Under the pieces are notes generated by a model, which was not told where the DNA came from, ran no database searches, and was given only the letters and a program-made list of their open reading frames with translations. From the NCBI RefSeq assembly GCF_000007145.1, contig NC_003902.1, positions 4,701,425-4,733,424 of the forward strand: a DNA stretch of 32,000 bases. The letters run 5' to 3'. Both the position numbers and the translations under genes were made by a program. This DNA is from Xanthomonas campestris pv. campestris str. ATCC 33913. GTDB lineage: Bacteria; Pseudomonadota; Gammaproteobacteria; Xanthomonadales; Xanthomonadaceae. Of this stretch, positions 15,746 through 22,973 are shown one piece after another (positions within the stretch are counted from its first letter, which is position 1; every line of letters begins with the position of its first letter).

Positions 15746-16158
15746 CGTGGGATCCAGAAAGAAGGTGGAACAAACGGCCCGCGCGGGCGATGCGGCCGCG
15801 GCGGCTGTGTGGCATGCACGCGTTCGACATGCCTTGCGTGTCGAAGCACAACGATAGCCTGATCCGCGCGATGTGCAGGCGACGGTGCTGCGCAATGCGG
15901 GGCATTCGTGCTGCCTGGGGTTCGTCACGGCTGCGCTGCGGCTGGCGGCTGGGAGGACGAACAACCACAAGCGCTGCGTGTCACCACATGCAAAGCCGGG
16001 GTGTCGGTGCAAAGGTGCAGCGAATGCAGCAAGGGCGTACGCGGGACAAGCACCCGTCGGCGGCTGCCGCGGCCGGGTCCGCTCCTACGAGAGCGGATTC
16101 CCCCACTAGCGTCGGGTCACGCGTTGCGTGCACAAGCACGCGCCGCACCAGAGCTCAC

Positions 16159-16488
16159 TCAGAGGCTGGTCTTGACCGCAGTTTCCACCTGCGCCGGCGA
16201 CTGGAAGCCGGGCAGGCGTGCCACCTCGCTGCCGTCGCGGTACAGCGCCAGGGTCGGCGTCTGGCGCAGACCCAGATCGCGGAAGAATTCCTCGCCCACC
16301 ACTTCCAGCTTGACCTTCAACAAGGCCACGCCGGCAGCGGCATCGCTGGCGGAGAACTTGTCCAGCGACATGTCGAGCATCTTGCAGCCCGGGCAATTGT
16401 CCTTGTAGAAATCCACCAGCGCGCGCGGATGCGCGGCGAGGACTTCGGTGTAGTGCTCAGGCGACGTGACGGTAATGGTCTGCATCAT
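16159..16488 (-). CDS. Thioredoxin-fold protein with a CPGC active site
   Basis: 109 aa (MMQTITVTSPEHYTEVLAAHPRALVDFYKDNCPGCKMLD...TPTLALYRDG). This is a thioredoxin-like layout with cis-Pro context (TPT). The start lies inside the 3' end of the flavodoxin gene, a 32-nt overlap at 16457-16488. Confidence 0.8.
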   Translation of the reverse strand: MMQTITVTSPEHYTEVLAAHPRALVDFYKDNCPGCKMLDMSLDKFSASDAAAGVALLKVKLEVVGEEFFRDLGLRQTPTLALYRDGSEVARLPGFQSPAQVETAVKTSL

Positions 16489-16942
16489 GGGGATCGTTCT
16501 TGCATTGGGCCAGAACCTCGTCGGTCCAGGCGGCGATGGCGTGCGCATCACGCACGCCGTGGGGCATCTGTTCGATGGTCAGGCGAGGAAACGGGCTGTC
16601 GAAGAAACGTGCGATGCGATGCACGGCTCCGCAGAAATAGTCCTCGCCCCACTGCGTCTCGCCGGTACCGAACACCGCCACCTGCGGTGGCTTGCCCAGC
16701 GTTTCGACCAGTTCGACGATGAAGCGTTTCATCTCTGTGGGCGTGCGCCCGCCGTTGTCGGTCCAGCTCCCGAGCAGAAACAGATCGTACTGCCCCGGCG
16801 CATGCGGCACCTGCGCCAGGCGCTGCAGATCGGTCTCCACCCAGGTCACCACATGCCCCGCCGCCTCGCACTGCAGCGCGACACTGCGCGCCACATCACG
16901 CGTGTTACCGCTCAACGAAGCCAATGCGAGCAGGATGTTCAT
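16457..16942 (-). CDS. Short-chain flavodoxin-fold protein (YkuN/NrdI-like) downstream of nrdB
   Basis: 161 aa. The FMN phosphate loop is LASLSGNTRDVA, followed by LLGSWTDNGGRTP and VAVFGTGETQWGEDYFCGAV. The pattern resembles short-chain flavodoxins. It is on the same strand as nrdAB, 98 nt after the nrdB stop. Confidence 0.8.
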   Translation of the reverse strand: MNILLALASLSGNTRDVARSVALQCEAAGHVVTWVETDLQRLAQVPHAPGQYDLFLLGSWTDNGGRTPTEMKRFIVELVETLGKPPQVAVFGTGETQWGEDYFCGAVHRIARFFDSPFPRLTIEQMPHGVRDAHAIAAWTDEVLAQCKNDPHDADHYRHVA

Positions 16943-16950
16943 GGTGAGGC

Positions 16951-17038
16951 CGGGAATGGGGAATCGAGAGTCGTGAATCGGAAGAGCGGGGTACGGTTGC
17001 TTTTACCATTCCCGATTCCCGATTCACCACTCCCGATC
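16951..17038. repeat. Imperfect inverted repeat built from GAATCG/CGATTC units (REP-like family 2)
   Basis: cgggaatggggaatcgagagtcgtgaatcgg ... ccattcccgattcccgattcaccactcccgatc. It fills the nrdB-flavodoxin spacer and is locally A/T-richer than its surroundings. Confidence 0.5.
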
Positions 17039-17040
17039 AA

Positions 17041-18084
17041 TCACAGATCGTCGAAGCCGTTATCCGAATTGGTCTTCTTGTAAGACGCATTGCGCATCTC
17101 GAAGAAGTCGGTCTTGGTCTCGGTGAAGTTGTCGGCGTAGGCCTTGATCCACGGCATTACGTTGTCGTTGGCGCCTTCGTACAACTTCTCGATACCGAGC
17201 ATGCCGGCCATCTTGTTGGCGCGGTACTTCACGTAGCGGATCATTTCGTCGACGTCGATGCCGTCGATGCCGTCCAGCACTTCGGCCGTCCACACCGTTT
17301 CCAGGTCGATCGCGTGCTCGAAGGCCTTGTGCACGTAATCGGTGAGCTGGTCGCCCTGCAGCGCCTGGTTCTCGCCGATGATGGCGCGGATCAATTCGCT
17401 GATGAACTTGGAGTGGGCCAGCTCGTCGCGGTTGATGAAGCTGATGATCTTGCCGGTGCCGGTCATGCGGTTCTGGCGGACCAGATTGTAGAAGTACGCA
17501 AAGCCGGAATAGAAGTTGATGCCTTCCAGGATCGAGGACTGGATCAGCGCGCGGATCAGCGTTTCGGCCGTCTTGTCGCGCATGAAGTCGTCGTAGGCGC
17601 CCATGATCGGCGCATTGCGCTTGATGATGGTCGGGTGCGTGCGCGCAATCTCGAACACGCGGTTCTGATCGGCCAGGCCGGTGATGGAGGCCAGCACGTA
17701 GCTGTAGCTCTCGTTATGGATCACTTCCTGCTGGCCGATGATCGCAGCATTGGCATGCGCGGCCGGGTCGGTGATGTATTCGGCGACGTTGTAGATGAAG
17801 CGCGTCTGCGGCGAATCCAGCGTGGCCAGCAAGCCGATGATCGAGTCATAGGCATTCTTCTCGCGCGCCGAGAGCTCGTTGTACTGGCGCGCGTCGCCCT
17901 TCATGTCCACCTCGTCGGGGATCCAGAAGTTGGTCGACAGCTCCTTGTACGCCCGATAAAAGGACGGGTACGGAATGTCGTTCCAGTTGAGGATGCCGGA
18001 GGTCTGGCCATTGATGATGGCGGTGGAGCGATTGGGGTGACGCGGCTCCAGGATCTTGATGCGCTCAAGCGGTGTTGCGGACAT
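17041..18084 (-). CDS. nrdB: Class I ribonucleotide reductase small (radical-generating) subunit
   Basis: 347 aa. Metal and radical motifs are intact: LLATLD, QQEVIHNESY (E-x-x-H plus the Tyr four residues after the His), ILEGINFYSGFAYF and NRDELAH. The acidic C-terminal tail is NSDNGFDDL. The N-terminal region (LNWNDIPYP...NFWIPDEVDM) looks NrdF-like. Confidence 0.9.
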   Translation of the reverse strand: MSATPLERIKILEPRHPNRSTAIINGQTSGILNWNDIPYPSFYRAYKELSTNFWIPDEVDMKGDARQYNELSAREKNAYDSIIGLLATLDSPQTRFIYNVAEYITDPAAHANAAIIGQQEVIHNESYSYVLASITGLADQNRVFEIARTHPTIIKRNAPIMGAYDDFMRDKTAETLIRALIQSSILEGINFYSGFAYFYNLVRQNRMTGTGKIISFINRDELAHSKFISELIRAIIGENQALQGDQLTDYVHKAFEHAIDLETVWTAEVLDGIDGIDVDEMIRYVKYRANKMAGMLGIEKLYEGANDNVMPWIKAYADNFTETKTDFFEMRNASYKKTNSDNGFDDL

Positions 18085-18156
18085 GGGTCTTTACTCGTCT
18101 TTCAGGCGTCACGCGTCCACATGGGAACGGCGACAGCAAAATCGTGCTGGAGAAAA

Positions 18157-18270
18157 GCCCCCCTGAGTCAGGGGGGCGCGCCGAAGGCGCAGGGGTGTGG
18201 ATGCTAATGAGCCGGGGCCCGCGGTTCGCAGGGCGAACCGTGGGGAGCTAAGCGCGAATGCGCTTAGCTC
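18157..18270 (-). other. Structured nrdA-nrdB spacer with three stable hairpins
   Basis: The hairpins are gcccccctg-agt-caggggggc (18157-18177), cggttcg-cagg-cgaaccg (18222-18240) and gagctaagcgc-gaat-gcgcttagctc (18245-18270). The last has an 11-bp perfect stem that includes the nrdA stop codon at 18264-18266. Confidence 0.5.
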
Positions 18271-20747
18271 GAACACCACTCACATTCACTGATGTCGATA
18301 TCGTTGGAACGCACGTAGTACGTGGTCTTCAAGCCTTCACGCCAAGCGGTCATGTGCAGATCCAGCAACGTGCTCGCACGGATGGTGCTGGGCACATAGA
18401 AGTTGAAGCTGATCGACTGGTCGATGTGGCGCTGGCGACGCGCGTTCTGGCGCACGCTGGCGAACTGGTCGACCTTGTAGGCGCCCTTTTCGTAGTACGG
18501 CCAGGTGTCCAGCGACAGGCCGGGCGCGGCCACCGGGCGACGGAAGTCCTTCTTTTCTTCGTAGTAGAACGCGCTGTAGATCGGGTCGATCGACGCGGTG
18601 GAACCGGCAATCTGCGCGGTGCTCATGTTCGGCGCCACGGCCAGCATCCAGGCGTTACGCACGCCGTTGACCGCCACCTGCGCGGACAGCTCCAGCCACT
18701 GCGGGCTGTTGTAATCGCGCGCACGGAAGTACTCACCGGTGTGCCAATCGCTGCCGCGGAACACGCTGTAGGTGCCCTTTTCCTTGGCCAGCTCCATGCT
18801 CGCCTGGACGGTCAGGTAGTTGATGCGCTCGTACAGCTCGTCGCTGTAGTCCTCGGCTTCCTTGGCATTCCAGTGGATGGCCTTCTGCGCGAGCAGGTGA
18901 TGCCAGCCGAAGGTGCCCAGGCCGATGGCGCGGTACTTCTGGTTGGTGATGGTGGCCTGCGGCACCGGCAACTGATTCAGATCGATCACGTTGTCGAGCA
19001 TGCGCACCTGGATCGGAATCAACCGCTCCAGCACGTCGGCACCCAGCAGATCGGCCTGGTCGGCCTGCACGGTGATCGCGCGGCCCAGGTTGATCGAGGA
19101 CAGGTTGCACACGACGAAGTCGCCGGCCTTCTTGGTGGTGACGATCTGATTGCCGCTGATGATTTCCTGCATCATCCGCGTGGGGCTCATGTTCTGCAGG
19201 ATCTCGGTGCACAGGTTGGACGAATAGACCATGCCCTCGTGCTTGTTCGGATTCTTGCGATTGACTTCATCGCGGTAGAACATGAACGGGTTGCCGGTTT
19301 CCAGCTGGCTGACCATGATCCGCTTGAAGATCTCGATCGCCTTGACGGTCTTGCGGGTGATGCGCTCGTCGGCAACCACTTCCTCGTACTTCTTGCGGAA
19401 GCTGCTGTTGGCGTCGCCCTTCTTCTCGTCATAGAAGTCCTGCAGGTACCAGCCCTTGATGCGCTTGACTTCATGCGGATCGAACAGGTACCAGTCGCCG
19501 CGGCGCTCGACCGCTTCCATGAACAGGTCCGGGATGCACACCGAGGTGAACACGTCGTGCGCGCGCAGACGCTGGTCGCCGTTGTTCAGGCGCAGATCCA
19601 GGAACGATTCGATGTCGCGGTGGAAAATGTCCAGGTAGACCGCGATGGCGCCCTTGCGCTGGCCAAGCTGATCCACCGACACGGCGGTGTTGTTGAGCTG
19701 CTTGATCCACGGCACCACGCCGCCGGACGAGTTGGACACACCGCGGATCGCCGAGCCCGACGAACGCACATAGCCCAGGTACGCGCCCACGCCGCCGCCG
19801 TGCTTGGACACGCGCGCCACGTCGGTGTTGGAGTCGTAGATGCCCTGCAGGCTGTCGTCGACGGTGTCGATGAAGCAGCTCGACAGCTGCCCGCCGACCT
19901 TGCCGGCATTGGCCAGCGTCGGGGTTGCCACGGTCATGTACAGGTTGGACAGCGCCCAGTAGGCCTCGCCCACCAGCTGCATGCGGCGCTCGCGCGGCTT
20001 CTCGTCCTGCATCAGGTACAGGGCGATGGTCAGCCAGCGCTCCTGCGGCAGCTCGAACACGCCGCGCGAGTTGTCGGTGGCCAGGTAACGGGTGGCCAGC
20101 AGGTACAGGCCGTTGTAGGCGAACAGCGTGTCGCGCTCGGGCGCAATCATCTTGCCCGCCTCGATGAGCTCTTCCTTGGAATAGCTCTTGAGGATGTCGT
20201 TGGAATAGACGTTACGGTCGGCCAGGCTTTCCTGCAGGCCCACGAACGAGCCGTACTTCTGGCCGGCGTCGTAGAAGCGGTTGCGGCTGGCGCGCTTGTA
20301 CAGGCGGCGCAGGTACAGACGCGCAGCGAAGTGCTCCCACTCCGGGGTGGTCAGATCGACGCGGGCCTCGGCCTCGCGGATCAGGTGGTCGACCAGGTCG
20401 TCGGCGTTGACACTGTCCTTGCGCTCGACGAAGCCGAACACCGAGCGCTTGTAGTCGCCCACGTCCAGCTGCGGGAATTCGGCATGGATCTGGTCGATGG
20501 CGCGCTCCAGGCGCGCCGGCTCGAACGGGATCTTGCGGTTGCCGGCTTCCTTGGTGATCCAGGTGGAGACGGTTTGTTCTTCGATGGTCTGTGCGTGCAT
20601 TGCAATGGCTTGGCGGGGGGGCGGCACGACGTCCGACGGGTCACTCAACTCCGGGTGTGCGGGGCTGGGCACGGTCACACTGGCGGGAGCGCTGGTGGGT
20701 GCAAGGGTACCGGCGGCGATCGCGGCAAGGGTGTCGTTGGTGGTCAT
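18264..20747 (-). CDS. nrdA: Class I ribonucleotide reductase large (catalytic) subunit
   Basis: 827 aa from ATG 20747, with GGAGGA 4 nt upstream. Conserved RNR blocks are present (SSCFI, NLCTEI, AVAPNMSTAQIAGSTASIDP, C-terminal CEWC redox pair). The N-terminus has a roughly 48-aa Ala/Pro/Ser/Thr-rich extension followed by an ATP-cone-like segment, ITKEAGNRKIPFEPARLERAI. The ORF is open to 20975, but that part looks non-coding. Confidence 0.9.
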   Translation of the reverse strand: MTTNDTLAAIAAGTLAPTSAPASVTVPSPAHPELSDPSDVVPPPRQAIAMHAQTIEEQTVSTWITKEAGNRKIPFEPARLERAIDQIHAEFPQLDVGDYKRSVFGFVERKDSVNADDLVDHLIREAEARVDLTTPEWEHFAARLYLRRLYKRASRNRFYDAGQKYGSFVGLQESLADRNVYSNDILKSYSKEELIEAGKMIAPERDTLFAYNGLYLLATRYLATDNSRGVFELPQERWLTIALYLMQDEKPRERRMQLVGEAYWALSNLYMTVATPTLANAGKVGGQLSSCFIDTVDDSLQGIYDSNTDVARVSKHGGGVGAYLGYVRSSGSAIRGVSNSSGGVVPWIKQLNNTAVSVDQLGQRKGAIAVYLDIFHRDIESFLDLRLNNGDQRLRAHDVFTSVCIPDLFMEAVERRGDWYLFDPHEVKRIKGWYLQDFYDEKKGDANSSFRKKYEEVVADERITRKTVKAIEIFKRIMVSQLETGNPFMFYRDEVNRKNPNKHEGMVYSSNLCTEILQNMSPTRMMQEIISGNQIVTTKKAGDFVVCNLSSINLGRAITVQADQADLLGADVLERLIPIQVRMLDNVIDLNQLPVPQATITNQKYRAIGLGTFGWHHLLAQKAIHWNAKEAEDYSDELYERINYLTVQASMELAKEKGTYSVFRGSDWHTGEYFRARDYNSPQWLELSAQVAVNGVRNAWMLAVAPNMSTAQIAGSTASIDPIYSAFYYEEKKDFRRPVAAPGLSLDTWPYYEKGAYKVDQFASVRQNARRQRHIDQSISFNFYVPSTIRASTLLDLHMTAWREGLKTTYYVRSNDIDISECEWCSS

Positions 20748-21117
20748 GCGTCCTCCATGCGTAGGCACACGGACCCGCCTGGGGACGGGGTGCGGCCGGA
20801 TCCGGATTCCCTGGACAGCGATGGCAGTGCAAGGCGCGCAGCACGCAAGACCTGTGGTCCGCGGCGACATCGCCCTCACCCGCCATCTCCTCACCGGAGA
20901 TTCCACGGCCGCCACCGCGCGGTGTGCTGTCGCGTGGTGGTCGGTGGCGAAACAACCGCAGCGCACCGGCCCCACGCAGCTCGCTCCACGGCACTGCCCT
21001 GGATGACTGAATGAAACCGATTGCGGCTGCGGCGAGGAGGCTCATCAATCGCGGGATGCCCGCTGATTGTGCTCTTTCAGGTCCGGCCGCTTGGGGCGGC
21101 CAACCACCGACTCCCCC

Positions 21118-21157
21118 AAGATAGTGGGGTGCTCCCGAGGGGTCAACACATAATGTG
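21118..21157 (-). promoter_or_regulatory. Predicted sigma70 promoter for nrdA, with an adjacent palindrome
   Basis: On the minus strand: TTGACC (21146-21141), a 17-nt spacer, then TATCTT (21123-21118). The perfect 11-nt palindrome CACAT-A-ATGTG (21147-21157) abuts the -35 element. This implies a leader of about 360 nt to ATG 20747. Confidence 0.4.
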
Positions 21158-21452
21158 GGAAAAACCCGCAAACCCTTGTGGCGCAAAGCGCCGTCTGACG
21201 AACGGTCGTTTCGGCGCGCCCAACTGCCCAATCCGAGTGCGCAGTCAAGGCCTGGAGCGGCGTTTTTGCCGACTGGTTGGGTTCGGTTAGGTCAGCCGCG
21301 GCACAGGCTGATGCTGAAGCTGGTCACAGTTGGGTGTGGTTATGTCAGGCGTCACCGCAGGCTTGGCGCGACTGCTCTGGCCCCGGCAGCCGCTGCTGCA
21401 TCCATGGCGGGAAGCGGACTTCTCCCGGGCGTTGCGTTCGAGGGTGCGGTGC

Positions 21453-21540
21453 CCTCGCCGATCGCGGGACACGCCGTGAACCCGTCCCTGGGGGCTCGTG
21501 CAGGCATCCATGCCGCAAAACGGTCCAGCAAGCGGCGAGG
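21453..21540. repeat. Extended-hairpin element, copy A (diverged inverted copy of the element at 21607-21714)
   Basis: The outer stem is cctcgccg / cggcgagg. Internally, the blocks atcgcgggacacgc, cgtcc, ctc, ggcatccatgccgc and ggtcc appear in the same order as in the reverse complement of copy B. Confidence 0.5.
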
Positions 21541-21606
21541 ACACAGCACAAGAGGGTTGGTCGGTCGCTTCTTTTATGAAAGCCATGCACACCGACGTTC
21601 TCGACT

Positions 21607-21714
21607 GGTCCTTGCCCGCCCACCGTCGCGGGACCTTACGCGGCATGGATGCCGCGTAAGAGCTTACAAGGACGTACTTGCAGCGTGTCCCGCGATGGTG
21701 GGCGGGCAAGGACC
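21607..21714. repeat. Extended-hairpin element, copy B
   Basis: A 28-bp outer stem, ggtccttgcccgcccaccgtcgcgggac / gtcccgcgatggtgggcgggcaaggacc (one G:T position), encloses the perfect 12-bp hairpin cttacgcggcat-gg-atgccgcgtaag (21635-21660). Confidence 0.55.
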
Positions 21715-21823
21715 CTGCAGCCAAGCCACAGAAGGAGCGGCGCCGGTCCGTCAGCAGCACCCATCCGACAGCCACGAAGGCGCTCCGTAGCCGCTCTTAA
21801 GCGGAGCGCGGCCCGTGGCGGGA

Positions 21824-22867
21824 TCAGATCTCGGTCGGGCCGATGTGATGGCGCTTGCGGTAGCGGATCGACGACCACACCGAGGCGGCGATGAAGGCCA
21901 CGCCGATCAGGCCGGTCAGCACTTCCGGCACGTGGTAGACGGTACCCACCAGCATGATGATCGCCAGCACGCCGATGGCGTAATGCGCGCCGTGCTCCAG
22001 GAACACGAACTCGTCCAGGGTGCCCTTGTGCACCAGGTAGACGGTCATCGAGCGTACGAACATCGCCCCGATCGCCAGGCCCAGCATGATGATCACCACG
22101 TCGCGGGTGATGGCGAAGGCGCCGATCACGCCGTCGAACGAGAACGAGGCGTCCAGCACTTCCAGGTACAGGAAGGCGGCAATGCCCGAGCGCTTGGCCG
22201 GGCCCATGCTGCCGTCTTCGCTCTCTTCGGCCTCGAACAAGGCATCCACGCTACCCACCAGCAGATACAGCAGGATGCCGCCCAGCCCGGCGAACAGCAC
22301 GCTCTGGAACACCGCATCGGGCAGGAACAGCTTGGTGCCCAGCAGCACCGACACCGCCACGATCACCGACATTGCATCGGCCTTGCCCAGCTTGCCGACC
22401 AGCCGCTCCACCGGCCCGAGCCAGTGCAGCTTGCGGTCCTGGTCGAACAGGAAGTTCAAAAACACCAGCAGCAGGAACATGCCACCGAAGGCGGCGATGG
22501 ACGGGTAGTGGTCGGTCAGCACCTGGCTGTAGCGGTCCGGCTCCTTCAGCGCCATCTGCATCACCGGCACCAGGCCCATGCCGGTGGCCACCGACACGAT
22601 CACGATCGGGAACACCAGGCGCATGCCGAACACGGCGATCAGGATGCCCACGGTGAGGAACAGCTTCCGCCAGAACTCGTTCATGTGCTTGAGCACACCG
22701 GCGTTGACCACCGCGTTGTCGAACGACAGCGACACCTCCAGCACGCTCAGCACCAGGCACAGCCATAACGCCTGCCAGATGCCCATCGACGAGGTGTGAC
22801 CCCACCAGGCGGCCAGGCCCAGGCAGATCGCAGTGACCAAAAACGACATTCTGAAATCGCGAAACAT
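21824..22867 (-). CDS. Integral membrane protein, DUF475 / TerC-related family
   Basis: 347 aa from ATG 22867, with GGGAG 5 nt upstream. It carries the LEVSLSFDNAVVNA and EVLDASFSFDGVIGAFAIT repeat motifs characteristic of DUF475/TerC-like proteins and has many TM helices. Confidence 0.8.
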   Translation of the reverse strand: MFRDFRMSFLVTAICLGLAAWWGHTSSMGIWQALWLCLVLSVLEVSLSFDNAVVNAGVLKHMNEFWRKLFLTVGILIAVFGMRLVFPIVIVSVATGMGLVPVMQMALKEPDRYSQVLTDHYPSIAAFGGMFLLLVFLNFLFDQDRKLHWLGPVERLVGKLGKADAMSVIVAVSVLLGTKLFLPDAVFQSVLFAGLGGILLYLLVGSVDALFEAEESEDGSMGPAKRSGIAAFLYLEVLDASFSFDGVIGAFAITRDVVIIMLGLAIGAMFVRSMTVYLVHKGTLDEFVFLEHGAHYAIGVLAIIMLVGTVYHVPEVLTGLIGVAFIAASVWSSIRYRKRHHIGPTEI

Positions 22868-22973
22868 TGACACTCCCAGGCGGGCCGAGACGACAGCCGG
22901 ACGGCGACACCAGGGCAAGGCCTGGCCGGTCCGGCATGCGGTGGAGGATGGGGGACCGCGGCGTGACGGGGAG

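Noticed and set aside
15746-16158. 413-bp gap between the thioesterase start and the thioredoxin stop, examined for a hidden gene or RNA
   Set aside because: It holds only short GC hairpins (for example gcgtgc-ttgt-gcacgc and ttcgaca...tgtcgaa). The ORFs there (15718-16722+, 15908-16408+) are shadow frames. I found nothing I can support.
18258-21014. 918-aa ORF on the plus strand, antisense to nrdA
   Set aside because: It lies exactly opposite a strongly supported gene. Its translation is Arg/Ala/Gly/His-rich low-complexity sequence with no recognisable motif. Long stop-free antisense frames are expected in genes with G/C-rich third positions.
20748-21117. Cobalamin riboswitch in the nrdA leader
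   Set aside because: B12 elements precede class I RNR genes in some bacteria, and the leader has a GGGAATCCGG...CCCCG segment. I could not find the B12 box (AGYCMGGAGACCKGCC-like) or the GCCACTG core on the transcribed strand.
21147-21157. NrdR box at the nrdA promoter
   Set aside because: The palindrome CACATAATGTG is 11 nt with an odd centre. It does not align with the 16-bp NrdR consensus (acaCwAtATaTwGtgt) without an indel, and no second box lies about 31 bp away. I kept it only as an unassigned palindrome.
21576-21659. 27-codon small ORF (MKAMHTDVLDWSLPAHRRGTLRGMDAA) between and into the twin hairpins
   Set aside because: There is no Shine-Dalgarno within normal distance (the nearest GAGGG is about 20 nt upstream). 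It is not hydrophobic like type I toxins. Its 3' half is simply the hairpin sequence.
22868-22973. yybP-ykoY (Mn2+) riboswitch upstream of the TerC-related gene
   Set aside because: The riboswitch is often linked to TerC/YkoY-type genes. Here the 106-nt upstream region lacks the conserved GGGGAGUAG and other core motifs, and it mostly forms what looks like the terminator hairpin of pat.
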